Positions 16,355-28,842 of a stretch of DNA of 64,000 nt are shown here, piece after piece; the first letter of the stretch is position 1; each line of letters opens with the position of its first letter. Where the stretch lies: assembly GCA_028023455.1 (NCBI GenBank), contig JAQFVV010000007.1, positions 19,778,001 through 19,842,000 of the forward strand, given 5' to 3'. The DNA comes from Epiperipatus broadwayi (Eukaryota > Animalia > Onychophora). The notes below the pieces were generated by a model. The model was not told the origin of the DNA. It made no database searches and saw only the letters and a program-made list of their open reading frames with translations. The position numbers and the translations under genes are program-made.

Positions 16355-16506
16355 CCTTGGATTTGGGAGCACTTCACCTAGATCATAGTATCTAATATGT
16401 TTTCATTTTTGACTCAAAGCTTTAATTAGCTAAAAAGATAAAAGGTTGCTACTAGATGGTTGCATTAGATTCTAATACCTAGGTGCAGTGCTATAAGATC
16501 CAATGC

Positions 16507-16550
16507 TCCTCACTGATGAAAGCCACAAGCTAAAAATTAAACAGAAAATG
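16507..16550 (+). ncRNA. degenerate type I hammerhead motif (family A, right arm)
   Basis: CTCCTCA CTGATGA AAGC CACAA GCTA AAAA; the 5' core is intact and the 3' half is decayed. Confidence 0.5.
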
Positions 16551-17149
16551 TTTGATGAGTAGGCACTAGATAGAAATTTTATAAACAAATCTTCCTGCAT
16601 CCATTGATTACCCTGACTTGCACTGACTGGTGCCAGTGCATAGTATGAGTTTTACCTCTGTGTTGATCTTAACATCATACTCATAGTAATGACTAATGAA
16701 TTGTGGGTAAAAGATATAATGTAAACTGTATACCAATAAGTTACATGGCTGACTTTGTAGAGAGTGGAAAATAGAACTTTTTTTATTTATCAAGTTAGCA
16801 GAGTTTCCTTTATCTTGCATTTAGAATTATTTTTTTGATACAAGCAATGCTAGTCGATGTATGCTAAAATGTGTGACTGAATCATTTTCAAAATACAAAA
16901 TAATTCCAAATTGCTATAAAGCCAAAATAAATTACACAATTTTAACTGAATTGCATTAAAATTTTAGCCCAACTACAACTCATCCTATTCAACAGAATTA
17001 TAACTATGTGTATAAAAACTGAAAAAGAAGAAAAGGTAACAATGTAAGAGTTGTTTAATACAAGATATACCACTCTAAATAACTGATAAATGCAATATTT
17101 ATTTAAAGCTAAATTCTAAATTTGCAAATATACTAATGTCTTTAGCAAA

Positions 17150-20100
17150 TAAGAAAGAGAAATCTCCCCTCCCACTACCTGAAGTTTTGTCAACATGACT
17201 AACAACTCTTCACCTAATAATATAAAAAACATCTTAGAATTTGGACAGCAATTTGTAGGTAGAGGCTGGAATAATCCAACATGGAAATCATTACTAATAT
17301 AAAATCCAAGTTCTCAGATAATACAAACCCAAATAAGGTTATCAGTCTAATTGCTCAATTGACTAGACACAAGTCTATGAAAATAAATAATTATAATTGA
17401 ATAAGGGATATAAATACCACTGAACATTACTTTACAAAATAACAGGATTACCTGCATAAAAGAAAACAAAAGAAACAGACTAGTATCTAAATAAACAAGA
17501 GTACTTAGATAAAATGAACACACAGATTAACAAATTAAAATTTAAGTTAATACCATTATACAACTTCAAAAGAAATATGAATAAATTTATATCAGTAATT
17601 TGGGAAAAACACAGTAATAGCACATTCACAAAAAGTAAATATTTTAAATTTTATTCTTCAGCAGCCTCCCTACCTCCCTTGAATGTTTGCAAATGCAAAA
17701 TTACACTTACCTGACTATCTGCTCAGATGAATGATAGAATTTGGAGGATTCTATTTAAAATTATAAATGTGTGGTTCACCAACTAATTATGATATGGTTC
17801 ATTGTTCTATTAGTTTGATTATATCCACATAATCAAAAATATAACTATCAACAATTAATTTAAAATAGCATTTCTAGTTATCACCTAGCTTTATGGATCA
17901 ACAAACAGGAAAGTACCAATCAAGATTATCAAATATGCAATCACATCTATCTACATACAGAAAAAAATAGCTTTATTCTTGATTGTCTAAATTGGATTGA
18001 TCAAGTCATAACTGCTCTCATCAATGGACAACATTATATTGTGGAAAATGGCTGGCCAATGGGACTGTCAACAAGCAGAATATTATCAATCATTATTTTC
18101 AGTAGTACTGAGATTGATTTTTTCATCAAATGCTTGGAACTCATAACTGGGATACTATTTGTGGTATGTTTGTGACATCTTCATCTGTGTTCCTGAGCTC
18201 CAAATCAATAATATCAAATATGTTCTTGCAGAAAAATTTGCATTAGCCTGAACCATAGAACATAAAGATTTCTTCAAAAGAATAAAGTTTCTAAACTTAT
18301 GTATCCAAAAGGACAGTACCAAATTAAATTACAAAATAATAATTAAATCTATCAAAATCAACAATATTATATATCCTGAATTTATAAGTCCCAGTTTACA
18401 CAAATACATTGATATGAAAACATTTCTACATAGAAATCTAAACTTGTGCAAGTTTGAATCAGAATGTAAGTATAACACTGAAAAATACATTAATATGTTG
18501 TGCCTTGCTGTGTTCTAATACAAGATACTTATTAATATTCTCAATAAATTCTACAAGAAGATCAGAGCTACATCTTCACCAACTGACAACACACCTTAAA
18601 TATCACTCCCTACATCTCTAAAATCTTCTAAAGTATAAAGAAAATTTGCACTGATGCATATAGAATCAACATTTGAAACCAACCCATTGTAAACTGGTTG
18701 ATTAATTATTCTAAAGATAAACTTCCCACTGAACAAAACCCCATACCTTTTACAAGATTTCTTGCAAGCAAACAAACTGCAGTGATGTTTACTTTAAAGA
18801 CATACCATGTGATGTGATGTGATGTATTTGGCTTCTCCTTAAATGAAGTCAAGAATATCTCAGCAATTATGCCCAGATAAACCTGTTAGCCATTTTATTT
18901 TCCATTCCCCACTCTAAGTCTTCCCACATTCTGCCCAATCCCATTTCCACAACATAATCTTTGTCAACTCTATGGCCTTTATATTTAAATCCCCCTTATC
19001 TTTTCACAAACCCAGCATAAAAACTAATAACTCACTAATAACTCACATTCTGTATAGTCACTTTGTTTATACCTATTCTCCCATAACTTCATTATCTGTG
19101 CCCTTTCTGCTTTCAAGCATTTACATTCAATCAACAGATGCCTAATATTTTCTATACATTATTTACACAATTTGCACACTAAATCACCCATAGTTTTTTA
19201 TTTACATGTATATTGTCTTGTTGCTAAAAATCCCATTCGAGCCTTAAACAAGAAACTACTTTTTTTACTATTATCATAAATTAACTCACGTCCAATATTC
19301 CATTTACTTCTATATCTATTTAAACTCTTCTTACCCTCCATACTAGTTCTCCATCTCTCTAACTCCCTATTTTTTATTAATGTTTCTATTCTTTTATCCC
19401 ATTCCTTACCACTTTAACACTCAACAATCCTCCTAACACAATCATCCCACCTTTTATACAAGTATACTGATATAAATTCTTTATCCAAATCTTTTGCATA
19501 CTGCATTACCTTTCTCACCCATCTTGTTACCTGCCCTTTACTCTTAATCCAATTAAACACTATTTTGGCTATTCTTTTACTATCCATAAACTGCAACCTA
19601 CAAAACATTTTCATTTTACTTTTAGCATCTCTCATATAAAAACTTGACCATCCCATTTTTCCTTGAATTGCCTCCTTTGCTGTCCACATCTCTGCATCTA
19701 ATGCATGTCTTCCTACTTCCCTTTGTACTTTCTCTAAATAATCTAAAACCCTTTTACTAACACATAATGCATCATTACCATATGTTAACCCTGCTACTGC
19801 AACTCCCTTCCATACAATTCTAGCTACATCATATTTATTATATGAAAATATTGTTAGTTTCTTTACCAAACTTTTTCTTTTCTTTGCTTCATTTACCAGC
19901 CAACAACAAGATTGTCACGCCACCTATATCTCTATAGAAGGGCTAAAAACAATCCACATCACAAATCCATATTTCTAGAGCATGAAAACAACTCAGCCAC
20001 ACATTCAAACCTATATTAGTTCACATTGTATGTATATAAAAGAATGATTCTAAACACAAGATAAATGAGACTTTGTATATCACCAACAATATGAACTCTA

Positions 20101-20300
20101 TAAATAAAAATGAATCTGCCTCCCCCTCTAAAAAGCAGGCCATGTAACCTATTTTTATACAATTTACATAATACATTATATCTCTTACCCAAAATCCTCC
20201 CATCCAGTAAACACTGCTATGAATATAATATCAAGATTAAGATATCAAAAGCTATTCAGCATAATATAATAAAACTTTTTATTGTTAAACTTTTCTTACT
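17150..20300 (+). mobile_element. decayed Penelope-like element (RT + GIY-YIG), interrupted by a LINE fragment
   Basis: INGQHYIVENGWPMGLSTSRILSII from 18020 (PLE RT G.PMG motif); FYKISCKQTNCSDVYF at about 18748 (GIY-YIG start); KHKINETLYITNNMNSINK at about 20050-20110 (GIY-YIG end) after the interruption. Confidence 0.65.
18850..19900 (-). mobile_element. non-LTR retrotransposon ORF2 C-terminal fragment inserted antisense into the Penelope element
   Basis: ORF 19414-19869(-), VWKGVAVAGLTYGNDALC..LEKVQREVGRHAL..EAIQGKMGWSSF, a typical post-RT thumb region; continues decayed with LFKARMGFL. Confidence 0.7.
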
Positions 20301-20763
20301 CAGTGTTTCACAGCACTTGCATTAATTAAATATTCTATTGCAAAAAAGCTTCTTCAAAAAGGAAACAAATTAAATAAAAAGCAGCAAAATTTAAGATTTT
20401 TTTAAATGTCTAATTCTAGGCATAGAAACACCTAGATATCTATTTATTATCTAATGAATGCCAATTATAGTAGAATCCGGCAATAAGTTTAAAACATCTA
20501 ATAGAAAACCATAAGTGAAATGGATGGATAGAATAAACAAGTTACAGGCGGGATTTTGAGAAAAGAAGCCATAGCATTTGGGGGAAATATTTTCATCCTG
20601 CAGGGAATTAATAATGGCTGAAAATAAAAGATGATGAATTAAAATGTGCTTGTAACTTCTCGATTACTACGAACTATAATATAATCTATTAAGTGATATT
20701 ATTTTGAGCATAAATACATTCATGATTCTTTATATATATGTTATGTTTAATGTTTTCACAGTT

Positions 20764-21152
20764 ATATGAGGTAAATAAAGTAGTTTTGGGGTTAAACCAT
20801 ATGTTATTTTTGCTTACTTCCCCAACGTTTCGATGAAATAAAGCTTATAAAACAACGTATTCCAGCCCTTGAAGACTACTTATTTTATCTTTCTTTTAAT
20901 ATAAACTTGAAAACAATTAATGGTGAAGCTGAAAAAAATAAACATTTTTTTAATTCACATAATCTGAATCCTAAACTACTTCACCTCAATCTCATTTTAA
21001 ATCACACACTCAATCGCATTACTATTTGAGATCTAACGGTTTTTCTTTGAAAAGTTAACTTTGACATGGCAAATGCTATTTTGGAGGAACATTGGAAGTA
21101 AGCAAAAACAACACATGGTTTAATCCAAAACTTTTACTTTATTTACATGTAT
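20764..21152. repeat. ~70-bp imperfect inverted repeat with CGAAACGTTGG (Penelope pLTR-like remnant)
   Basis: The reverse complement of 20764-20832 matches 21087-21152 (GGAAGTAAGCAAAAA..CATGGTTTAA..CAAAACT..TTTATTTAC). Confidence 0.55.
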
Positions 21153-21972
21153 ATATATTGTATCATTAAAAAAAACCCAGTTCAGAACTTTCAAAGGTTT
21201 TTTATTAATTTAGTTTTTTTTTTAAATGTCAGAACAAATTCTACAACGGTAAGATCAATATTAATATCAAGGGAATGACTGCAGACAGAGAAAATGTCAA
21301 TATTTATAACTTTTAAAGCTGATAACTAAAAGCAAAGTCATTTACAAACAAACTTTATGATAATGCAAAAGTTAAAATCAAAGTAATCTATCCTCGTATA
21401 TTTTTCTTAAGAATTAATCTCAATTATATTTAATGTTTTTATAAGATTTCGAAAGATAAAATTTCTATTTTATGTAAAGGTAAAACTTTCAGAAGCAAAT
21501 AATTGAATAATATTGATTTTTTTTTTAAATTTCAAATCACAATTTCATAAATGTAATTATCTTAATATATATCGTTATTTAAACTTAAATGCTTTACTTT
21601 TATTATTGATTTATCTTTGATTTCTATATTGTATATTAGTTTTTCTGTTTATTGCTCAATGATTTCGCTTAATATATATGATTTACAGGGCCGAGGCAGC
21701 TACTAATTTAGGCACATAGAAAACTAGATGTTCATAATTTTCATTTCTAAAAAAATTAATCATCAAAATACAAAATCATAGGTCAGTGTTTCAGAAAAAT
21801 TAGTTCAGTTGTCAACTTGTTCAAGATCATTGCTTACAATTTAAAAATGAGTGGAATCTTATTTATTTTAGACAGATTTCATTTCTCTTATTTTAAAGTA
21901 TAAAAATATTTTATATACATTTAGTATACTGTTGGTGTATTTGATATACACTATATATATATATATATATAT

Positions 21973-23997
21973 TGTAACAGGTACTGGGTTCAAACCCTGT
22001 TACAAAAGGAACGAGAATGTAGTTGTATATAATTTTTATTTATTTATTAGTATTAGATAATTATTTATAAAAGTCGCACATACCAAGCGCATGTGTAATT
22101 GCTGGAACGAGGGGTATGGGTATATATTATGAGTGGCATATGCATATGTAGGTAGATATTATTGTTGAGAACAGGAAAGTAGAAATTTAGAAGACTTTAA
22201 AGCAGGTAAAAGAAAAGTTTCTTTTGTGAGTATAAACTTCCTGAATGAATTGGCCAAATGGATCGCATTGTTCAATAAAAAGAGAGAAAAATAAAGAAAG
22301 CAAAATCCAACTGCTTGAATGGATATATATATTTTTTGTGTGTGTGTTTGTTTTAACTAAATGGATTTTTCAAAAATAATTTTGATTAAGAAAAATGAAC
22401 ATGGAATGCCATTAGTTATTGAACCATTTTTCGATCTCTTTTGTGTGGTTAAAGTTGACAAAAGAATTTGTAATTAAAAGTTCAGGAATTTAAAAAGAAA
22501 AAGAGAGATATGTAAAAGTCAAGATTGCCAAGTAGTTTTCCTTTTGTTTGACATTTTTGTAAGAAAATCTATTTTTTAAACAAAGGAATACCAGCAATCA
22601 GGTGGGAGGCAACTGGAATTAATTTGAAAAAATGGACAGTTGAGCTCTGCTAGTCTTACGTGCAAGATATTCTAAATTTTAGTTGAAAAAAATTTATTAG
22701 CTGAAAAGAGGAAAGTTGGAAAAGCAAATTGTGTGAACTAAACTACATATATGAGTGACCTCATGGATCGCATGGGGTAGAATCACCATCGTGCTTGGTC
22801 AGTATTCGGACCCTAGCCATTTTAATATGCCATGTTAATATATTCTACAATCAACATCTCCAACTGCCCTACATAACTAAAGCTATTTGAATCCAGTGTA
22901 GATCACATGCCATTCCGGAATTAAGCTGAAAGAATAAAGAACTGAAGATTGAATATGCCACTTTAGAGGGACTAAAGGAATGAAATGTTAAGTGGAAGCG
23001 ATGAATGCCATATTGGCCTAGGTAGGATTCCCGGAATCTTTTTGCAAGTGCACTCGAAAACACATACACCAGTTATTCAAATTATACTATACCGGTAAAT
23101 ATACACTTATTATGGCATTTTCAATTTTTAAAGTTAATCCAACCTAATTGCAAGAATATTTTATACTATACCTGTATTATTGATTTTTTTTATTCTTCTC
23201 CTGAATAATATTTCATTAAAATATTTATTATATGCATATGTGTGCCATTTATTGATTGTGTTTTTTAAATAAGTAATAGTAGATCTGTAGCTAAATTATT
23301 GATTTAGTGCAATACACATTATAGAATTTATGAGTTCCAAAATCTTATACATGTGTGTGCTAGTGTGAATTTAATGATAATTTATAGTGAGACAGATTAG
23401 ATAGCAAAGTATATGAGGATTGTAAAAGATTTAGTTTAAACTTTAATGGGATAACAGAAATAGAAAGATAAAGAATGAATTGATTTGAAATTGCATTCCC
23501 TTTCGTTTCTTCTCTGGCACATGGTGCTACCACACCCTGAGCATTAAGACGGGCAACTAATTAAAAGGCTGAATCAAATAAATATTTAATGGACCCTACA
23601 ATTCTTGTTGAATAACAAGTTTGGTACTTGGCAATGAACAAAAAATAATACATTCATTGTCCATAAACGTAGAGGTCTAGTTAAAGTTAAGTTAAAGCTG
23701 GGAGTGTTTTATCTCATTACCTGATGTGTATGTGTTTTGTTGTCAGTTGCTTCAATTATCCTGTTGAATGACCCAAAGTTTGGGAAAACTTCACGTAAGG
23801 GATGAATGATTCGATTTGTTTTCAGGAAAACTTTGTATGGGAAGGGCCATTAGTAATATATATGCATCACTGTAAAAATTCACCCTCGGAAAGAATAACT
23901 GTAGAAAATTTGGTTTGATAAAAGTAAAGGTTTGAATTCAGTTAAATTATAATTTTAAAAATGTAAACAGTACTCAGAAAAGGGGTAAATTGTTTCA
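21973..23997 (+). repeat. host 5' LTR (2025 bp)
   Basis: TGTAACAGG...TGTTTCA; colinear with 25391-25463 plus 30417-32370, with scattered substitutions, many CpG-type. Confidence 0.95.
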
Positions 23998-23998
23998 A

Positions 23999-24016
23999 TG
24001 GCGCCCAACATGGGGC
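23999..24016 (+). other. primer-binding site, tRNA-Lys(CUU)-type
   Basis: TGGCGCCCAACATGGGGC one base after the LTR; 17/18 match to the canonical Lys1,2 PBS TGGCGCCCAACGTGGGGC. Confidence 0.9.
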
Positions 24017-24412
24017 TTTTGAAGAACGGAGATCAATAGGGTGAATGCGGCTGAAGGATATAGAGGGTGCATAAATCAAATGGAGAAAATTTTTTTTAAA
24101 AAAAAAAAAGAAAGAGAGGAAATATAGTTATTTTTTTAAGTGTAAAAATGAATGCTGTTTAGATAAATATTTTTTTCTGGGAAGAGAAAAATAATAATGG
24201 AATTTAATGGTAAATAGACAAATAGGGCAAAAACAAAAAGGGGGGAAATAAATACTACATGGAGAAATGGTTGGGGGCTGGGACATTGAACCTGGCACGT
24301 ATTGTTAATCGCATTAAACAAAAATAACATAAAATTAAAATCAGATAAAAACTAGGTCACAGAGCAACATGGATTCAGAAACGTCAGGCAAGGGAAAGGA
24401 AATGGACATGAA

Positions 24413-25200
24413 ATGAAAGAAAGGTTACAAAAAGAAATAAGGGAGGTAAAGGTAGAAATGAATGAAAGGTTATCAGAGATGCAGATAGAAAATAAAAAGA
24501 GTTTGGCAGAATTAGAGAAAAAGTTGCATGAAGAAATAGGAAGCAGTAAGGCAGAGGTAGGGGAGAGTGAAAAGCAAGCGACAGATAAATTAGAAGTAGA
24601 GGAAAATACAGAGGAAAATAAAATTAAGATGGGTCAAGTCATAATAGGAGAGGGATAGGTAGCCAGACAAATGTTAACCAATTCCTTAAGATCTGTTCAT
24701 TCTCCAGTCAAATAGAAGAGGCGCCAGTAGAGCACCTTAAGAGCCTACAGAGGTACTTTAATGTAAACAAAATGTCAGAAGGGAACAAGGTAATAATAGC
24801 ATGTAGCAACTTGGCAGGGAGTGTGTTGTCATGGTGGGAGTCTCTATTTTGCCAACCTCGAATGTTTAAAGAGTATACGGAAGCTGTGTGTGAAACATTT
24901 TGGTCGGAAGAGTGGCAAGAGGTCGTTAGATACCGTATAATGCAGGAAAAATATAGAGTAAATGGGCAACAGAACTACATGCAATTTTTTCAGTGACAAG
25001 TGGCTAAATTGCAAACCTTGGACGAATGCAATATGATGGAGTGACATATAATTAGAATCATCAGACACAATTTGCCAACAAGGATCAAACAGATGCTGAT
25101 AGGGAATGGGAGGTCATGATTGAAGAGGTGGCTGAGATGTTAGGTGCTATAGATATGAGTGAAAGCAAACAGGATAAACCTATAGATTGAGGCAAATGGA
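24413..25200 (+). pseudogene. disrupted gag (coiled coil plus Ty3/gypsy capsid)
   Basis: Coiled-coil ORF 24413-24658; then VNQFLKICSFSSQIEEAPVEHLK...LSWWESL...FKEYTEAVCETFWSEEWQ...RHNLPTRIKQMLIG...EEVAEMLGAIDMS, with an in-frame TGA at 24994 and a frameshift near 25115. Confidence 0.8.
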
Positions 25201-25377
25201 GAAACGATGATCAAGGAAAGGATTCTAACCACCAAAAACCATAGCAAATAATAAAATGAAGTTTATGGGGAACAGAAGAGAAGAGAAATGACATGTAAAT
25301 ATGGGAAAGGGTTAGGGTCAGAGTTTTTTTTTTTTGGTAGTCTTCAAAATGAAATAAACCTCGTTTTGAAGTCTTTC

Positions 25378-25390
25378 AAATGGTGGGCAT
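25378..25390 (+). other. degenerate polypurine tract of the host element
   Basis: AAATGGTGGGCAT immediately before the TGTAAC of the 3' LTR. Confidence 0.6.
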
Positions 25391-25463
25391 TGTAACAGGA
25401 ACTGGGTTCAAACCCTGTTACAAAAGGAATGAGAATGTAGTTGTATATAATTTTTATTTATTT

Positions 25464-27016
25464 TGTAACGGGTGTGCTCGTATACCGTATACTTATTTGT
25501 TCTTATCTTAAATAAAAAAATATCTATTTTTTTCTTTATGAAGCCAAATAGTGATAAGAAAATTCGTATTTCTCTCACAGCATATTTATGGACGTCAATC
25601 ATTGACTCCAAGCGCCAAACTTACTTTTTACATAAGTATTATGCTGGAAGAGAAGAATACGATAGTAATAGGGCCTCTCTACTAGCTCAGTACTCAGGGC
25701 GGGTGGCTAATAAACCGTAGGAAAATGTACGGGAGACACTCTATGCAATCAACAACGAAACTCGGATCAATCGTCTAAATTTATGAACTATATTCCATGA
25801 GTCAAATAATAAAACACACACATGCAATATACCTTAAAATAACATATCTTTTATTACAATATTTTCTGCTTTTAATAAAAATATATTTCCCGCACCCTTT
25901 AACATTTATATAACCCAATAAAACCTATATATGTATTCTGTGTGGACTTTCAATAGAATAAGAAAAACGAACGTATACACAGATAAAATCTAATCAGCTG
26001 TATTCAAAATGGCCTTATCTTAAAAAAATATAAGTCTCTTGCCTTGGTTCGTTCTCCTTGAGGGTTTCAGAAAACGTAATAATATTTGGAAAATAAAATA
26101 TCTTAAGTTCATATTACCTGCAATTTTTGTCCGATGTGATCCCCGGGGATATCAAAATAAGAAGAAAAACACATGAAATCCGAAGTAAAACGTACGAGAC
26201 AGTTCATCACGCTTCAGTTCATTCCGAGTCGGATCGATTCCCTTGCGAAAAGTTGATAGGTCTCCGGTAGATGTTCTCCGGTCACTGCCGCATGGCCTCT
26301 TCGGGGCAAGGTCCAGAAATCCCAGCACGCTTAAGCCTTTACCCCACTGTACTCATATTCGGCCGTAGCCTTAGCTATTCTTCTTCAATATATATAAAAA
26401 AAAAATGAAAATATTTCTTTTTCTTCTTTCCTCTTTGAAGACCAAAAATAATCTGACACTAGTTTAAAAAAAAAACTACATCTCACTCTCCCTGTCACTT
26501 TTTCCTTTTCCTTTGTTTTCGCAAACACAGTCCGTCCCCTTCTTCCCCACCACGTGGTATAGATGGCCAGTTAAGCTAATAAGCAGAAAGAACTTTTCGC
26601 ACCTTCGGACATTTTGGCAATTAACATTCCGGAAACTTTTTACTTCAACCTTCTTTTTAATTTTCATTCAAATTCCCCAGATAAGATTTTCGATGTTTAA
26701 TATATTTCTTTTTTTTCTTTTACTTACAATAATCTCTTATCTTGGATCCAAAATGTATTCATACGTTCGTTTTCTAAAATTGTCTATCCACACCGCAAAT
26801 ACATACATATACCACTTTTACAAAAACAAAACGCAAATCCCCCCCCCCACCCCCCTCTTTTCTTACTTTAATAAAATCTTAAACATTTTCTCCCACTAAC
26901 AAAATAAATACTAAAACGAAATAAAATCAAAATTATATGAAACTAATTTTAAAACTATATAACATATGTGTGCGCCTTTCTACCTTGTAACTAGGGTTTA
27001 AACCCGACTAGTTACA
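25464..27016 (-). repeat. nested element 3' LTR (1553 bp)
   Basis: Direct repeat of 28862-30412 with only a handful of visible differences. Confidence 0.97.
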
Positions 27017-27029
27017 ATACCCTCCTCCC
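27017..27029 (-). other. polypurine tract of the nested element
   Basis: Minus strand GGGAGGAGGGTAT abutting the LTR. Confidence 0.85.
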
Positions 27030-27843
27030 GGAAGCCTTTAAATACGGTCTACGTATTTGAACGGCTCATGCCTAACTTATCAAATAAAACGATACATCCT
27101 TAAATCTTTTACCTTTATAACTTTCTGCCCTGCGGCTCTAGAACAAAAGAAATAAACGACCATCAATCCCAACGATATGTTATAAGTTCAACCACCAACT
27201 CACACGCATGTGATATGCAACGCACCGAACACAAATAATTCCACACAGACTTATTTGGTTATGTGACCGGAAACACAAAAAAAAATTTAAAAAAAAAAAT
27301 CTCTTTTTTTTTTCGTACGTGTCAGGACTTTCTAACCGCACTCTGCTACTTCAGAGTCTTATGAGCGTGGGTAACTAGCACAAAAATCCGACTTTTAAGC
27401 AGGAGTCGTCCCAGACCTTGCTCGCTTTTGGAGTTTTGTGGGTGGGACGGTATGTGAGTGCCGTGCTCTCTTTGGAGACTTATTGGCTTAAGTTTAATAG
27501 GTCGGTCAACCATGTCGGGAACAACATTTATATACAGGACGCTACACACCACATGCCCAATCCAAGCAACCAAACCCGCCATCCACCGTACTCATATTCG
27601 ATAGACCGCTCCCATCTCAAATCTCCCTAGCCACCTTTATCTAACTCTCTAGCCTACAAAACAATGGAGGAGAAAAAAAAATCGACACACATATATAACT
27701 TCAAATGTGGCCTTATATAACGGCCCCTATACTTAATAATATCATTGTTAAATATTAAACCCACACCCTAATAAAATAATTTAAACAAACACCCAAAAAA
27801 AAAACTTTCAGCATATGTCCAATTACGTGTATATATCTTAACT

Positions 27844-28539
27844 CTATCGGCTATCCTTTTTCTCGGATGAACTCGAAATCTTTCCCTGTCCATAATTCGG
27901 CTTGCGTGGCGGTCGTGGCTCTTCATGTTCATACTGCCATTTCAGTCTAGTATTACCATCCCCTCGTTCGGGATCCTGCAAGTTCCAATCCGACCCTCCT
28001 TCTTCCGTCCCAAATTTCACAACTCGAGTATCGTGAGTTTCTTTTCCTCGCTCTATCGGTAAATTATAATCATAGGTGCTCATATCAATCGCATTAAGTA
28101 GCTCAGCTACCTCCTCCATGGACGCTTTCCTTATGCCTAACATCATTTGTTCCACGGGAGCTTCTCCCATTTGGCCGGCAAATGGCCGAACCTTTAAAAA
28201 TTGGTTTACATGGGCCTGTGCTGGTACGTACTTCGTCACGGCTTCCCTTTCTTCTGCTATTTTTGTCTTTTCGCCCTCAACCTGTTTCTCATCTACTTTC
28301 TTTCCCTTAGACTTCTCGTCTTTATCTATACTTCCTTCCTTCTTTGACTCTCCTTCGTTCTCTTCTCCTTGATTAACTCCTGTTATTCTTTCCATTTGCT
28401 GCTCTAATTTTCGCAGCCTTTCCTCAAATCGATCTTCGAATTTTTGAAATCTTTGTTCCAATCTTTCCAGAATGACCTCCAAAATCTTCGATTCTTCCTT
28501 CTTTTCTTGGTCCATTTTCTTTTGGAGTCTTGTTTTCAT
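27844..28539 (-). CDS. internally deleted gag-like protein (231 aa; coiled coil plus capsid remnants)
   Basis: Open ORF with an N-terminal coiled coil. VNQFLKVRPFAGQMGEAPVE joins directly to QMMLGIRKASMEEVAELLNAIDMS, two blocks that are 119 codons apart in the host gag. Confidence 0.75.
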   Translation of the reverse strand: MKTRLQKKMDQEKKEESKILEVILERLEQRFQKFEDRFEERLRKLEQQMERITGVNQGEENEGESKKEGSIDKDEKSKGKKVDEKQVEGEKTKIAEEREAVTKYVPAQAHVNQFLKVRPFAGQMGEAPVEQMMLGIRKASMEEVAELLNAIDMSTYDYNLPIERGKETHDTRVVKFGTEEGGSDWNLQDPERGDGNTRLKWQYEHEEPRPPRKPNYGQGKISSSSEKKDSR

Positions 28540-28842
28540 TCACACTATATTTTACTAAATATATTTTGATATCTTAAAAAAAAAATCGTAGTAATTTGTT
28601 TTGACTGCTTCCAAAATCACAACGTGGTAGGTTTTCTCTTCCCCCCCCCAAAGCGCCATGCTACGTGTCTAATTTCTTTATCAACCACTCGGAAAACTAT
28701 TTTCTGTCTTTCAATAAACTATTTTAATCGAAAAAAAAAAAACTTCACGTCTCTCTAATATTTCTATTTTACTCCCCCTCCTTTCCCTTATCGAATTTTT
28801 AATCTTTCTACTCGGGCCCCCATACATTCCATTCTTCATAAA

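Larger units (their letters stand above)
16155..16685. mobile_element. fold-back family A: ~200-bp inverted arms, ~90-bp spacer, hammerhead motif in each arm
   Basis: The left arm (about 16195-16385) is the reverse complement of the right arm (about 16478-16682). Other copies lie at 41044-41290 and 53005-53492, and the spacer is shared with the 53 kb copy in opposite orientation. Confidence 0.8.

Noticed and set aside
22869-23069. 66-aa antisense ORF open in both host LTRs (also 31246-31446)
   Set aside because: It is short, and the two copies differ at about 11 residues, as expected from neutral LTR divergence; no recognisable domain.
25472-26899. Duplicated small ORFs (82, 63 and 128/122 aa) in the nested LTRs
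   Set aside because: They are duplicated only because the LTRs are near-identical; one differs by a frameshift in a C run, and none has a domain motif.
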